Assembly: GCF_000196495.1 (NCBI RefSeq)
Contig: NC_011312.1
Location: forward strand, 3,185,211-3,209,210
Source: Aliivibrio salmonicida LFI1238
Lineage (GTDB): Bacteria > Pseudomonadota > Gammaproteobacteria > Enterobacterales > Vibrionaceae
DNA: 24,000 nt
Direction of reading: 5' to 3'
In this document: piece after piece, positions 8,762 to 17,624 of the stretch
Layout: every line of letters begins with the position of its first letter
Position numbering within the stretch: position 1 is the first letter of the stretch
The notes under the pieces: generated by a model
What the model was told of the DNA's origin: nothing
Database searches by the model: none
Seen by the model: only the letters and a program-made list of their open reading frames with translations
Program-made: the position numbers and the translations under genes

Positions 8762-9946
8762 ATGAAAAAAGTAGACGTAGTGGTTATCGGTGCAGGCGCT
8801 GCAGGATTAATGTGTGCAGCTGAAGCCGGCAAACGAGGCCGCAGTGTTTTAGTTGTCGATCACGCTAAAAAACCGGGACGTAAAATTTTAATCTCTGGTG
8901 GTGGTCGTTGTAATTTTACGAATTACGATGTGTCAGCAACTCACTTTGTTTGTAACAACGCTCACTTTGTGAAATCGGCATTGTCTCAATACACTAACTG
9001 GGATTTCATCTCTTTAGTGTCTAAATACGGCATCGAATTTGAAGAGCGCGATCATGGCCAATTATTCTGTGTCGATTCGGCAAAAGAAATTGTCGATATG
9101 CTGCTAAAAGAATGTGAACTGGCTAATGTGAATTATCGCTACCGCTGCGAGATTCAGGATGTTAAAAAGAGTGAATCCGGTTTTTCTCTGATGCTTGATA
9201 CTGATCGTATCGAATGTGAATCTTTGGTGATCGCGACGGGTGGACTATCAATGCCGAAATTAGGTGCAACCCCGTTTGGTTATCAATTGGCTGAGCAGTT
9301 TGGTTTATCAATGGTTCCAACGACGGCAGGTCTTGTTCCGTTCACGTTGCATAAAGAAGATAAAGACGCGTTTTCTGAACTGTCAGGCATTGCGATTCCA
9401 GTGGTTGTAGAATCAGAAAGTGGTGATAGCTTTAAAGAAAATCTCTTATTTACCCACCGTGGTTTATCTGGCCCCTCAATCCTACAAATTTCTTCATATT
9501 GGAACGCAGGTCAAAAAGTAATGATAGATTTGTTACCAAATGACGATTTGTCCGAAGAATTAGATACTATGCGTATCGATCATCCCAATCAAAGCGTTAA
9601 AAATTCATTAGCTAAATTATTGCCTAAAAGAGTGGTTGAAACCTTATTAAAGAATACTATTTTTAATGATCGTTCTCTTAAGCAAATCAATAACAAAGAA
9701 CAAGAACAGCTGTGTTCGTTGTTCCATAAATGGCAAGTTCTTCCTAATGGCACTGAAGGGTATCGTACCGCGGAAGTCACGCTAGGAGGGGTTGATAGCA
9801 ATGAATTGTCGTCTAAAACCATGGAATCGAAAAAAGTACCTGGTCTGTATTTTGTCGGGGAAGTAATGGATGTAAGTGGTTGGCTTGGCGGCTATAACTT
9901 TCAGTGGGCATGGTCGAGCGGTTATGTTGCAGGGATAAACGTATAG
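8762..9946 (+). CDS. yhiN: NAD(P)/FAD-dependent oxidoreductase, YhiN/HI0933 (BaiN-like) family
   Basis: Begins MKKVDVVVIGAGAAGLMCAAEAGKRGRSVLVVDHAKKPGRKILISGGGRCNFTN, which is a Rossmann GxGxxG followed by the GGGRCN motif. I prefer the ATG at 8762 to the track's TTG at 8741. Confidence 0.85.
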   Translation: MKKVDVVVIGAGAAGLMCAAEAGKRGRSVLVVDHAKKPGRKILISGGGRCNFTNYDVSATHFVCNNAHFVKSALSQYTNWDFISLVSKYGIEFEERDHGQLFCVDSAKEIVDMLLKECELANVNYRYRCEIQDVKKSESGFSLMLDTDRIECESLVIATGGLSMPKLGATPFGYQLAEQFGLSMVPTTAGLVPFTLHKEDKDAFSELSGIAIPVVVESESGDSFKENLLFTHRGLSGPSILQISSYWNAGQKVMIDLLPNDDLSEELDTMRIDHPNQSVKNSLAKLLPKRVVETLLKNTIFNDRSLKQINNKEQEQLCSLFHKWQVLPNGTEGYRTAEVTLGGVDSNELSSKTMESKKVPGLYFVGEVMDVSGWLGGYNFQWAWSSGYVAGINV

Positions 9947-9991
9947 GATTACCTAATAATCATTAAGTCATTATTGGTTTATTCTAAAAAT

Positions 9992-10016
9992 AGGGGCGCA
10001 TAGGTGCCTCTGTTTT
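9992..10016 (+). terminator. Possible rho-independent terminator after yhiN
   Basis: AGGGGC (9992-9997), an 8-nt loop, GCCTCT (10006-10011, one G-U pair), followed by GTTTT. The stem is short. Confidence 0.45.
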
Positions 10017-10063
10017 ATATGTGACGAGCTAAATATATTAAAATAATAAGGGCTTAATTAACG

Positions 10064-11843
10064 ATGCAAACTCTCTCGTTTAGTGTTCAGAGACTTACAC
10101 AACTCCATGAGGAGTGTGATTCACTATCTATAGAGCTTGGAACCGCGTGTTTAATTCAAATATTTTCTTCTCAACAACCAGAGATTGTTGATGATTATTA
10201 TGCTTCTTTACAGCATTTTTTCCCTAACTCGGAAGTGATTGGCCTTAGCGTTATTCATTCCAGTATTGATGCGTCAATTTTTACTGATTCAACCGTAATT
10301 AGTATTTCTATTCTCGATTCTTCTCAACTTACTTCTGCTTCAGTGTTTCATTCTCAAGATGAAACTCGCGTTGGCCATCATCTATTAAGACGACTCTCTA
10401 TTGGACAAACAACAAAAGCGATCATTGCCTTTGGTTGTTATGGTTCAGCGAGTAATTATAAACTTTTCGATGCCTTTTCAGAACACCAAAATCAAATACC
10501 AGTGTCTGGAGGCGTTGCCGCAGATACCGGAAAAGGAACATGGGTATTTTTAAATGGTCGATTTTATTACGATCAAATTGTTGCGGTAGCGATGCATGGA
10601 GAACAACTGCAAGCGTGGTCAGAAGCGTTTGTGGAATGGAACCCAATTGGTAAGCGTTTTCGAATTACTTCTTCAGAAGGTAATATTGTAAAAACGATAG
10701 ATCACCTTCTTACGTATGATTTTTACTGTAAGTACCTTGCTGATAACAAATTGACGGCATTAAGCCAAATTCAAGCATTTCCTTTAATGTTGAAAGAAGA
10801 CACCGTGCGCTACATCAATGGGGTGGAGGCGATTACAGAAGAAGGGTACCTTCAGTTTGCTTCACCGATCCCAACGGGGGATGAAGTTCGATTATGCTAT
10901 TACCATCCTTCATTGACTCAAGAGCAAGTGAATCAAGGCGCAATAAGACTGGCAAAGAAACAACCTGAATCTATTTTTATTTATAATTGTGAATCTCGAA
11001 TTGAAAGCAGTTCGGAATCGACAGAGCTGCAAACTTTCTCAGATATTGGTTCGTGCCAAGGTATTTATGGAATGGGCGAGTTTTTCCGTTCTCATAAGCA
11101 ACTCATCTTGCACCATAGTTTAACCTACTTAGCTCTGAGAGAGTCAGTTGCAGAAACGATTGATTCTGGATTTGCTCCCTCACCAAGAGAGCATAATTTA
11201 ACGCCTTTGTTTTCATTAATAAAAAATGCGATTCAAGATGTTGATCAAATGACCTCGGAGATGGAAAAGAAAATCCACGACCAATCGATGCGCCTTATCC
11301 AAACGTATCGTACTGACCGACGAACTGGTCTCCTTAATCGGATCGTTCTGAAAGAGCGCCTTGAACATATTGCAGAAACCGATCACTTAGTGTCTTTTAA
11401 GCTCACCAATTTAAGCCAAGTGAATGAAAAATATGGTTATCAAGTCGGGGATAAATTACTTCAAGACATCAGTAAATACTTAGAAGATCAACTTGCTAGC
11501 GCGATTGGGGCGGCAGTCGAGCTTTACAGTATCGGTATTGCTGAATGGGGAGTGGTTTTTCACAGCAATAAGAACAGTGAAGTTTTACGTAAATACATTA
11601 CGGACTTTATTGAAGGCATTGAGCACGTAAGTTTTGAACCTTATGGCCTTAATGATGTGGATTATCTCAGTGTGACTATTTCTGGTGGTTTAATTAGCCG
11701 TCGTGATTTCCCTCAGATTGCAGTCGAAGAACTTATTTTAAAAACCGTAGAAGCCCGTCGAGTAGCGATGCGTCGAAATCGTCACTTATGTAACGCACGT
11801 GATTTATTGAAAGAAGAGCGATTACGCCAAAGCCAGTTGGATT
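10064..11843 (+). pseudogene. 5' part (593 codons) of a FIST-sensor / degenerate GGDEF / EAL c-di-GMP signalling gene, interrupted by IS66 copy 2
   Basis: The N-terminal ~380 aa look like FIST_N/FIST_C (CLIQIFSS...EVIGLSV, IPVSGGVAADTGKGTWVFLNG...IVAVAMHG, RFRITSSEGNIVKTID). A GGDEF fold follows (DRRTGLLNR, FKLTNLSQVNEKYGYQVGDKLL) with GIAEW replacing GGDEF. The frame runs into the IS and stops after 8 IS-encoded codons at 11869. Confidence 0.8.
11836..11843. repeat. Target-site duplication of IS66 copy 2, left copy (GTTGGATT)
   Basis: This octamer immediately 5' of the left inverted repeat is identical to the octamer immediately 3' of the right inverted repeat (14159-14166). Confidence 0.95.
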
Positions 11844-11924
11844 GTAAGCGTGCGGGGAACTACACCTAACAAATAAAATTCATTATGCGTATCTTACGAT
11901 CTTTCATTTAACGAGAACGTAATT

Positions 11925-12239
11925 ATGCAAAAAGATAAAAAGAGAACACCAGAGCAATGGCACGCTCTATTTGAATCTCAGCAATCTAGCAAGCTTAGTG
12001 CCGCTGAATTTTGTCGTAACCATAATATTCTGCCAAAGACATTTAGTGCACGTAAAGCACGATGGAAACAAAAGATTAACGCTTCTACTTTCTTGAAAGT
12101 AGAAGCGTTAACATCAACTATCATCGCCACTCCACAATTACCAGATATTCAACTTTCTATCGGAAAATTGCGATTAACATTGCCAGCTAATACTGAACCT
12201 CACTGGATAGGACTCTTATTAAAAGGGTATCAATCATGA
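11925..12239 (+). CDS. tnpA: IS66 TnpA (orf1), copy 2
   Basis: Protein identical to copy 1. Confidence 0.85.
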   Translation: MQKDKKRTPEQWHALFESQQSSKLSAAEFCRNHNILPKTFSARKARWKQKINASTFLKVEALTSTIIATPQLPDIQLSIGKLRLTLPANTEPHWIGLLLKGYQS

Positions 12240-12583
12240 ATGTATTTACTGATATTTCCACCATTTATCTTCATCGTGATTTTGTCGATTTTCGCAAGGC
12301 CATTAATGGCCTTGTCGTGATTGTTGAGCAAGAAATGCAACTATCACCGTTTAGTGATGCTCTATTTATATTTTGCAATAAGCCTCGTGATAAACTCAAA
12401 ATATTGTATTGGGATAAAACAGGATTCGCTTTATGGTACAAGCGATTAGATGAAGACCGCTTCAAATGGCCACGAAATATAAATAACGATACGTTAGCAT
12501 TATCAGAGCAGCAACTGACACTGCTATTACAAGGTTTTGATATCTTAGGACATCAACCGGTACATTATCAAACAACCCTTTAA
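12236..12583 (+). CDS. tnpB: IS66 TnpB (orf2), copy 2
   Basis: Identical to copy 1 except Val6 to Ile. Confidence 0.88.
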   Translation: MNVFTDISTIYLHRDFVDFRKAINGLVVIVEQEMQLSPFSDALFIFCNKPRDKLKILYWDKTGFALWYKRLDEDRFKWPRNINNDTLALSEQQLTLLLQGFDILGHQPVHYQTTL

Positions 12584-12654
12584 ATAGTTGATTCTCAGTC
12601 AAGAATAGGAGGCAACCGATTGATTACCTGTATTATCGTTATATAGTCATCTAC

Positions 12655-14142
12655 ATGACTGATAAAATAAAACCACTTCCTGATACCATTGACGAGCTGA
12701 AAGCACTTGTGCTTCAGCTTGAAAATAAATATAACCGTCTTCTAGAGCAATTTCGACTGGCTCAACATCAGCGCTTTGGTAAAAGCAGTGAATCTGACTC
12801 GACTCAATTTGATTTATTCAATGAAACAGAAGAAGAAATCATCATTGAAAATGATGACACACAAACGATTACCTACACTCGTCAAAAGCCAAAACGCCAA
12901 CGCTTACCTGAAGACTTACCGCGTACTGTTATTATCCACGACATAAAAGATAAAACTTGTAAGTGTTGCGGTCTAGAGATGCATGCGATGGGTAAAGACA
13001 TCAGTGAAAAGTTGGAATTTGTACCAGCTAAAGTGGAAGTTATTCAACATGTTCGTCCTAAATATGCTTGCCGAAATTGTGAAAAAAACAATACTTCAGT
13101 AGACATTAAACAAGCCCCAATGCCAGCGTCACCAATCCCTAAAGGGATTGCGACCGCAAGTTTACTTGCTCAAATTATTACGGCTAAATTTCAATACAGT
13201 CTTCCACTTTATCGTCAAGAAACGTTATTTCAGCAATGGGGTATCATTATTGGACGGCGAACGATGGCGGATTGGTTAATAAAATGCTCGGTACTATTTA
13301 CCCCTCTTAATAACGAGTTACATCGTATTTTGCTTGAACAACCCACTCTGCATTGTGATGAAACAACGGTAAATGTGTTGGATGTTGAAAAAGCAAAATG
13401 TTATATGTGGGTCTACTGCTCTGGCTATGATTCTCCAGGCTCTGGTGTTTTGCCTGGAATTGTACTTTATGATTATCAATCTAGCAGGCATGGCTACCAT
13501 CCAGTTAACTTTTTAAAAGGTTATAACGGGTATTTACATACCGATGGTTACCAAGGTTATGAACAAACTGAAGCGATTTTAGTTGGCTGTTGGGCACACG
13601 CACGTCGACGATTTATTGAGGCTCAACGTGTTCAAGTAAAAGGGAAAACAGGGAGTGCAGATTGGGTATTGAGTAAAATCCAAAAGCTATACCGGATCGA
13701 ATCGTTATTAAAAGAGGCTTCCCCTGAAGCCAAGTATGTTGCTAGGCAGACAGAAGCCCGCGATTTACTTAAAGAGCTCCGTGATTGGCTTGATAGCGCA
13801 GTTAGTCGAGTATCACCTAAAACAAAATTAGGTGAGGCGATTAGCTATACATTAAATCAATGGGATAAATTAGTTCGTTATATTGATGATGGATTGTTAT
13901 CTATTGATAACAATCGAGCAGAGCGAGCGGTTAAACCGTTTGTTATCGGCCGGAAAAACTGGTTATTTTCGGGTTCAACGGCTGGTGCAGATTCAAGTGC
14001 AATGCTTTACAGCATTGTAGAAACAGCAAAGGCAAACGGATTAATCCCTTACGATTATATTAGGTATTGTCTAGATCGTTTATGTGTTGGATCGCCAGAT
14101 ATCGATTCACTTTTACCTTGGAATGTAAAAGACAAGGTGTAG
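12655..14142 (+). CDS. tnpC: IS66 DDE transposase TnpC, copy 2 (intact)
   Basis: 495-aa protein identical to copy 1. Confidence 0.93.
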   Translation: MTDKIKPLPDTIDELKALVLQLENKYNRLLEQFRLAQHQRFGKSSESDSTQFDLFNETEEEIIIENDDTQTITYTRQKPKRQRLPEDLPRTVIIHDIKDKTCKCCGLEMHAMGKDISEKLEFVPAKVEVIQHVRPKYACRNCEKNNTSVDIKQAPMPASPIPKGIATASLLAQIITAKFQYSLPLYRQETLFQQWGIIIGRRTMADWLIKCSVLFTPLNNELHRILLEQPTLHCDETTVNVLDVEKAKCYMWVYCSGYDSPGSGVLPGIVLYDYQSSRHGYHPVNFLKGYNGYLHTDGYQGYEQTEAILVGCWAHARRRFIEAQRVQVKGKTGSADWVLSKIQKLYRIESLLKEASPEAKYVARQTEARDLLKELRDWLDSAVSRVSPKTKLGEAISYTLNQWDKLVRYIDDGLLSIDNNRAERAVKPFVIGRKNWLFSGSTAGADSSAMLYSIVETAKANGLIPYDYIRYCLDRLCVGSPDIDSLLPWNVKDKV

Positions 14143-14158
14143 TTCCCCGCACGCTTAC

Positions 14159-14166
14159 GTTGGATT
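14159..14166. repeat. Target-site duplication of IS66 copy 2, right copy (GTTGGATT)
   Basis: Identical to 11836-11843. Confidence 0.95.
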
Positions 14167-14870
14167 GGTTAACGTGTGTGAATCGCGCCATTTCTAAAAA
14201 AAGTGTGTTGGTCTATGGTCAGCCAATCTTTAAAGCAAATAGCCACGAGCAAGCCTCTACAGAGTGTTTAATGCGTATTCGTGAAGGTGACCAAGTGTTT
14301 TCTCCTGGGCAATTTTTGCCAGCGGTAGAGGGGACTCACCTTTATACTCGATTAAGCCGAGAAATGATCTCTTGTACGTTTGATATTATGCAATCGAATC
14401 ATATGGATTTTTCCATTAATCTTTCGCCTCAAGATTTGATGAGTGACAGAACCCTTGATTTATTAGAGTCCTCTATTATTCGTTTAGATAATCCATTTAG
14501 AGTGGGTTTTGAGGTGTTAGAGACGGAGCAGATTCAAGATTACGGTCGTATGATTGAAGTTTGTAATCACTTTAGACGATTAGGGGCGCGGATCATCATT
14601 GATGATTTTGGATCTGGTTATTCGAATATTGATGAGGTCATGAAACTAGAGCCTCAGGTGATTAAACTGGATGGCTCTTTGATTAAAAATGTTCATCAAG
14701 ATAAGCGTCAACGGCTTATCTCTCAGCAAATGGTGCAATTGTGCCATGCGCTTGATGCAAAAGTGGTGGCTGAGTTTGTTCACAATCAAGAAGTCTGCTC
14801 GATTGTGGAGCAAATGGGCGTTGATTATTTACAAGGCTACTTTTTGGGTGAGCCCAAAGCATTGAAATAA
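14159..14870 (+). pseudogene. 3' part of the interrupted FIST/GGDEF/EAL gene: a complete EAL phosphodiesterase domain
   Basis: Removing the IS and one TSD copy restores ...[30 protein letters not shown]..., giving a reconstructed protein of about 827 aa. EAL-domain motifs are present: [24 protein letters not shown] and QGYFLGEP. Confidence 0.85.
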
Positions 14871-14883
14871 GCGATGTCGTGGG

Positions 14884-15471
14884 TCATTCGACGTAAAGGT
14901 GACCACTGCGTTCTGCTTGAAAAACGGTTAAAAATCGCTCGTAATACAGATTAAGAGCCTGTGCATTTTCAGGCTCTTTTACCATCTTTAATATTTCCAT
15001 TCCCGCTTCACAAGTGCACAGATTGCCTTCGCTTTGATTTCGACGTAAATGATAGCTTGAGGTATCGACACTCTCTAAATACAAACAAGGAAGTTCTTGT
15101 AACCAAGGGCTTTTGTTGACCATTTTTTTCGCTTCTTGCCAGGTCGCATCAAGTAAAATAAACAACTGCTTTTTGGATGAGGTCTTTGCATTGGCATATT
15201 CTGTACTGAGTGTGTTTTCCGTACTTGGAAAAAGTAACCATGTCTCAGTATCATCTCGCGCTATTTTTTCTAGTAGTGCGGTTGGCAGCTCTTTACGTTG
15301 CCATAAATAAGCCCGAGCGTTCGGTAAGCTGTTTGTTATCAACTTACCGGTATTGGTTAATTTTTTTTGTTCGTTCTCATGGTACAGCAGCGCAAATTCA
15401 ATGTGCGAGATTAAATTTGGCTGATGAGAGCAAATACAGTTATAGGTAAATCCACAAATTGAACAAGACAT
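14884..15471 (-). CDS. tapT: DTW-domain tRNA-uridine aminocarboxypropyltransferase (TapT/YfiP family)
   Basis: 195 aa with an N-terminal Cys cluster (CSICGFTYNCIC) and the DATWQEAKKM DTW motif. Its start codon overlaps the stop of the upstream lipoprotein gene (TAATG at 15469-15473 on the minus strand). Confidence 0.7.
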   Translation of the reverse strand: MSCSICGFTYNCICSHQPNLISHIEFALLYHENEQKKLTNTGKLITNSLPNARAYLWQRKELPTALLEKIARDDTETWLLFPSTENTLSTEYANAKTSSKKQLFILLDATWQEAKKMVNKSPWLQELPCLYLESVDTSSYHLRRNQSEGNLCTCEAGMEILKMVKEPENAQALNLYYERFLTVFQAERSGHLYVE

Positions 15472-16490
15472 TATTTATCCAACGGTTGTACTGGTGAGAA
15501 TAAGGTTAGCCCTGATTGGATGGGAAAGACTACGCCATTCACCGTTTCTTTCTCTGCGTTGATGGTATTGCCTTTACGGGTAAAGGTTCGTTCTGCAATC
15601 ATGTATTGTCGTTGGTGACGGCTCATTAATACGTGAACTTGGTTTTCATTAATGGCTTGCCACACGCCAGTTTCAACTAACTGAGATTCGCCATTTTGAT
15701 AATCATACGTAGTGACGGCGGAATGATCAGGACGCAAGGTTAGACCAATGGTTAAACCTGAGTTACCTGCCGTACTGGTTCCTTTGTATGTGTTTACCCA
15801 GTTTAGCGTGGTATCTTTTGGTGAGATTGAAGCACAACCTTGATAGTTTTTATCATTTATCGTGACGTCTGATGCCCAACCATAAACAGTATCAACCATG
15901 GTGTCTTTGCAGATAGCACTGTCCATCACAAGAGAAATGTCATCGGATTGATAGGTGCGTTGCTCGATGGATAATGCTTGATCCGTAATAGCTTGCTGTT
16001 GGGCCTTTTTACCCATTTCCGATACGCTAAATATCCCTTTATTTACTTGAACATTCCAAAAAGGTTCATTACCCGATGCGGTTGTTGGTTGAGCGGGTTG
16101 TTGGCAGCGTGCGCCTTCACCTGCAACTAATTTGTTGATATGAGAAACGACAAAACGTGCAGGGTAATCATTCGCAAATCCGCCCTTTGGTGGTGCTTCA
16201 AAATGACCGATTAATTCACCATACATTGATTGGTAAGGTGTTGATTGAATGTCGGTTCCTGCTTTCCATTGCTCTGAAGTGAGGTTTATCCAATATTGTT
16301 GGTCACTGCCACAAGGTTGAATACTTTGTGATTCGTGGCCAATGACTACAGTACCACGCAGTATAAAAGTATGAGCCCCTGATGCGGATTGACTGTTACC
16401 AAAATCATCTGTGGATGTGTCTATTGCTGATTGCTGGCTACACCCTGATAAAAACAGAAGAGCGGTGAAAGTCAGTAGTGAAAGCTTCAT
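15471..16490 (-). CDS. Multi-domain lipoprotein of unknown function
   Basis: 339 aa with a lipobox signal peptide (MKLSLLTFTALLFLSGC) and a GGAG Shine-Dalgarno. The central module has GNEPFWNVQV...C.D...GC, which is reminiscent of COG3650/MliC-like lipoprotein domains. That domain assignment is from memory only. Confidence 0.7.
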   Translation of the reverse strand: MKLSLLTFTALLFLSGCSQQSAIDTSTDDFGNSQSASGAHTFILRGTVVIGHESQSIQPCGSDQQYWINLTSEQWKAGTDIQSTPYQSMYGELIGHFEAPPKGGFANDYPARFVVSHINKLVAGEGARCQQPAQPTTASGNEPFWNVQVNKGIFSVSEMGKKAQQQAITDQALSIEQRTYQSDDISLVMDSAICKDTMVDTVYGWASDVTINDKNYQGCASISPKDTTLNWVNTYKGTSTAGNSGLTIGLTLRPDHSAVTTYDYQNGESQLVETGVWQAINENQVHVLMSRHQRQYMIAERTFTRKGNTINAEKETVNGVVFPIQSGLTLFSPVQPLDK

Positions 16491-16644
16491 AATAAACTCC
16501 AGAAATCGATGATAAGTTGAATAAAAACCAGTATGCCATAGGACACCTAAAATAGATTGGAATTCACCTTTATCAGAGCTATTGATAATAAATTAGCGTA
16601 AAATAATAGGGTTATTTTAATAAGTAAAGAGAGCTAAGAAAAAT

Positions 16645-17280
16645 ATGAGTTGGAATCTTTCGCCTTCAGACGTATTTAGCGCATCACCCGTTGTTCCTGT
16701 TATGGTTATTGAACAACTAGAAGATGCGGTACCAATGGCTCAAGCTTTAGCGGCGGGCGGTATTAATGTATTTGAAGTTACATTGAGAACGGCGGTTGCT
16801 CTTGAGGCGATTACGGCGATTCGAAAAGCAATGCCACAAGCCCTTGTTGGTGCCGGTACAGTGATCAGCACTCAACAATATGATCAAGCGGTAGAGGCTG
16901 GCGCTAAGTTTATTATCTCTCCTGGATTTACTCCCAGTTTATTAGCTCATGCAAAATCGGCAGATGTTCCTTTGATCCCTGGTGTTGCTACGCCGTCAGA
17001 AGTCATTCGTGCCATTGAGTTAGGTTATACGCACCTTAAATTCTTTCCAGCAAGTGCGTTTGGTGGACCATCTGTATTGAAAGCGATGGCGGCTCCATTA
17101 CCTCAAGTGCAGTTTTGTCCTACTGGTGGGATTAATCCACAGAATGTAAATGACTACACTGCGTTAGAGTGTGTGGCGACGGTCGGTGGCTCTTGGATGC
17201 TACCAAAAGACGTCATTGCCGCTAAAGACTGGTCAAAAATAACCACGCTTGCAAAAGAAGCGATTGAGCTAATTAAATAA
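16645..17280 (+). CDS. eda: KDPG / 4-hydroxy-2-oxoglutarate aldolase
   Basis: 211 aa. Motifs VVPVMVI, GGINVFEVTLRT, GAGTV, PGVATPSE, LKFFPA and CPTGGI are typical of Eda. Confidence 0.9.
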   Translation: MSWNLSPSDVFSASPVVPVMVIEQLEDAVPMAQALAAGGINVFEVTLRTAVALEAITAIRKAMPQALVGAGTVISTQQYDQAVEAGAKFIISPGFTPSLLAHAKSADVPLIPGVATPSEVIRAIELGYTHLKFFPASAFGGPSVLKAMAAPLPQVQFCPTGGINPQNVNDYTALECVATVGGSWMLPKDVIAAKDWSKITTLAKEAIELIK

Positions 17281-17361
17281 GCACAATATTCGATCTTCTT
17301 TTCACATAAAGGCAATGACTTACTTAAGTGGTTGTCTTTTTTATTATCACGAGAGAGTGAT

Positions 17362-17608
17362 TTAAAAATCGGTTAAGTCTTTTGGCCATGAAGAAAGTGG
17401 TAGTGGCTTGCTGTATAAAAACCCTTGGGCGGTATCGCACCCCATTTCTTTTAAAATTAAGGCTTGTTCTTCCGTTTCAATACCCTCTGCTACAATCGAC
17501 ACATTAAACCCTTTCGCAATATTCACAATCGCGTTTGCAATGGAAGTCGATGCATTTTCTGTGTTTAACCCTTTAACAAAAGAACGGTCTATTTTGAGGC
17601 AATCAAAC
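17362..17608 (-). pseudogene. Orphan 3' fragment (81 codons) of a second EAL-domain gene, cut by IS66 copy 3
   Basis: The minus-strand translation is FDCLKIDRSFVKGL...IVAEGIETEEQALILKEMGCDTAQGFLYSKPL. This is the C-terminal third of an EAL domain (KIDRSF, AEGIETEEQ, QGF). The 5' two-thirds are absent from the window. Confidence 0.85.
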
Positions 17609-17624
17609 GTAAGCGTGCGGGGAA

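Larger units (their letters stand above)
11844..14158 (+). mobile_element. IS66-family insertion sequence, copy 2 (2,315 bp), simple insertion with an 8-bp TSD
   Basis: Same inverted repeats and ORFs as copy 1. By eye it differs at G3687/A12254 (TnpB V6I) and G4189/A12756 (synonymous). It is flanked by the direct GTTGGATT duplication. Confidence 0.96.

Noticed and set aside
3277-14158. Copies 1 and 2 as the arms of a composite transposon carrying asnC through yhiN
   Set aside because: The outer flanks (CCAGCAAG at 3269-3276 versus GTTGGATT at 14159-14166) are not a duplication. Copy 2 has its own private TSD, and the cargo consists of core housekeeping genes.
14067-14158. The 31-codon IS-internal part of the outward ORF as a genuine IS66 gene
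   Set aside because: It is open for only about 95 nt inside the element and overlaps the tnpC 3' end out of frame. It uses a TTG or an unsupported ATG start. I report it only as a fusion-generating frame, not as a gene.
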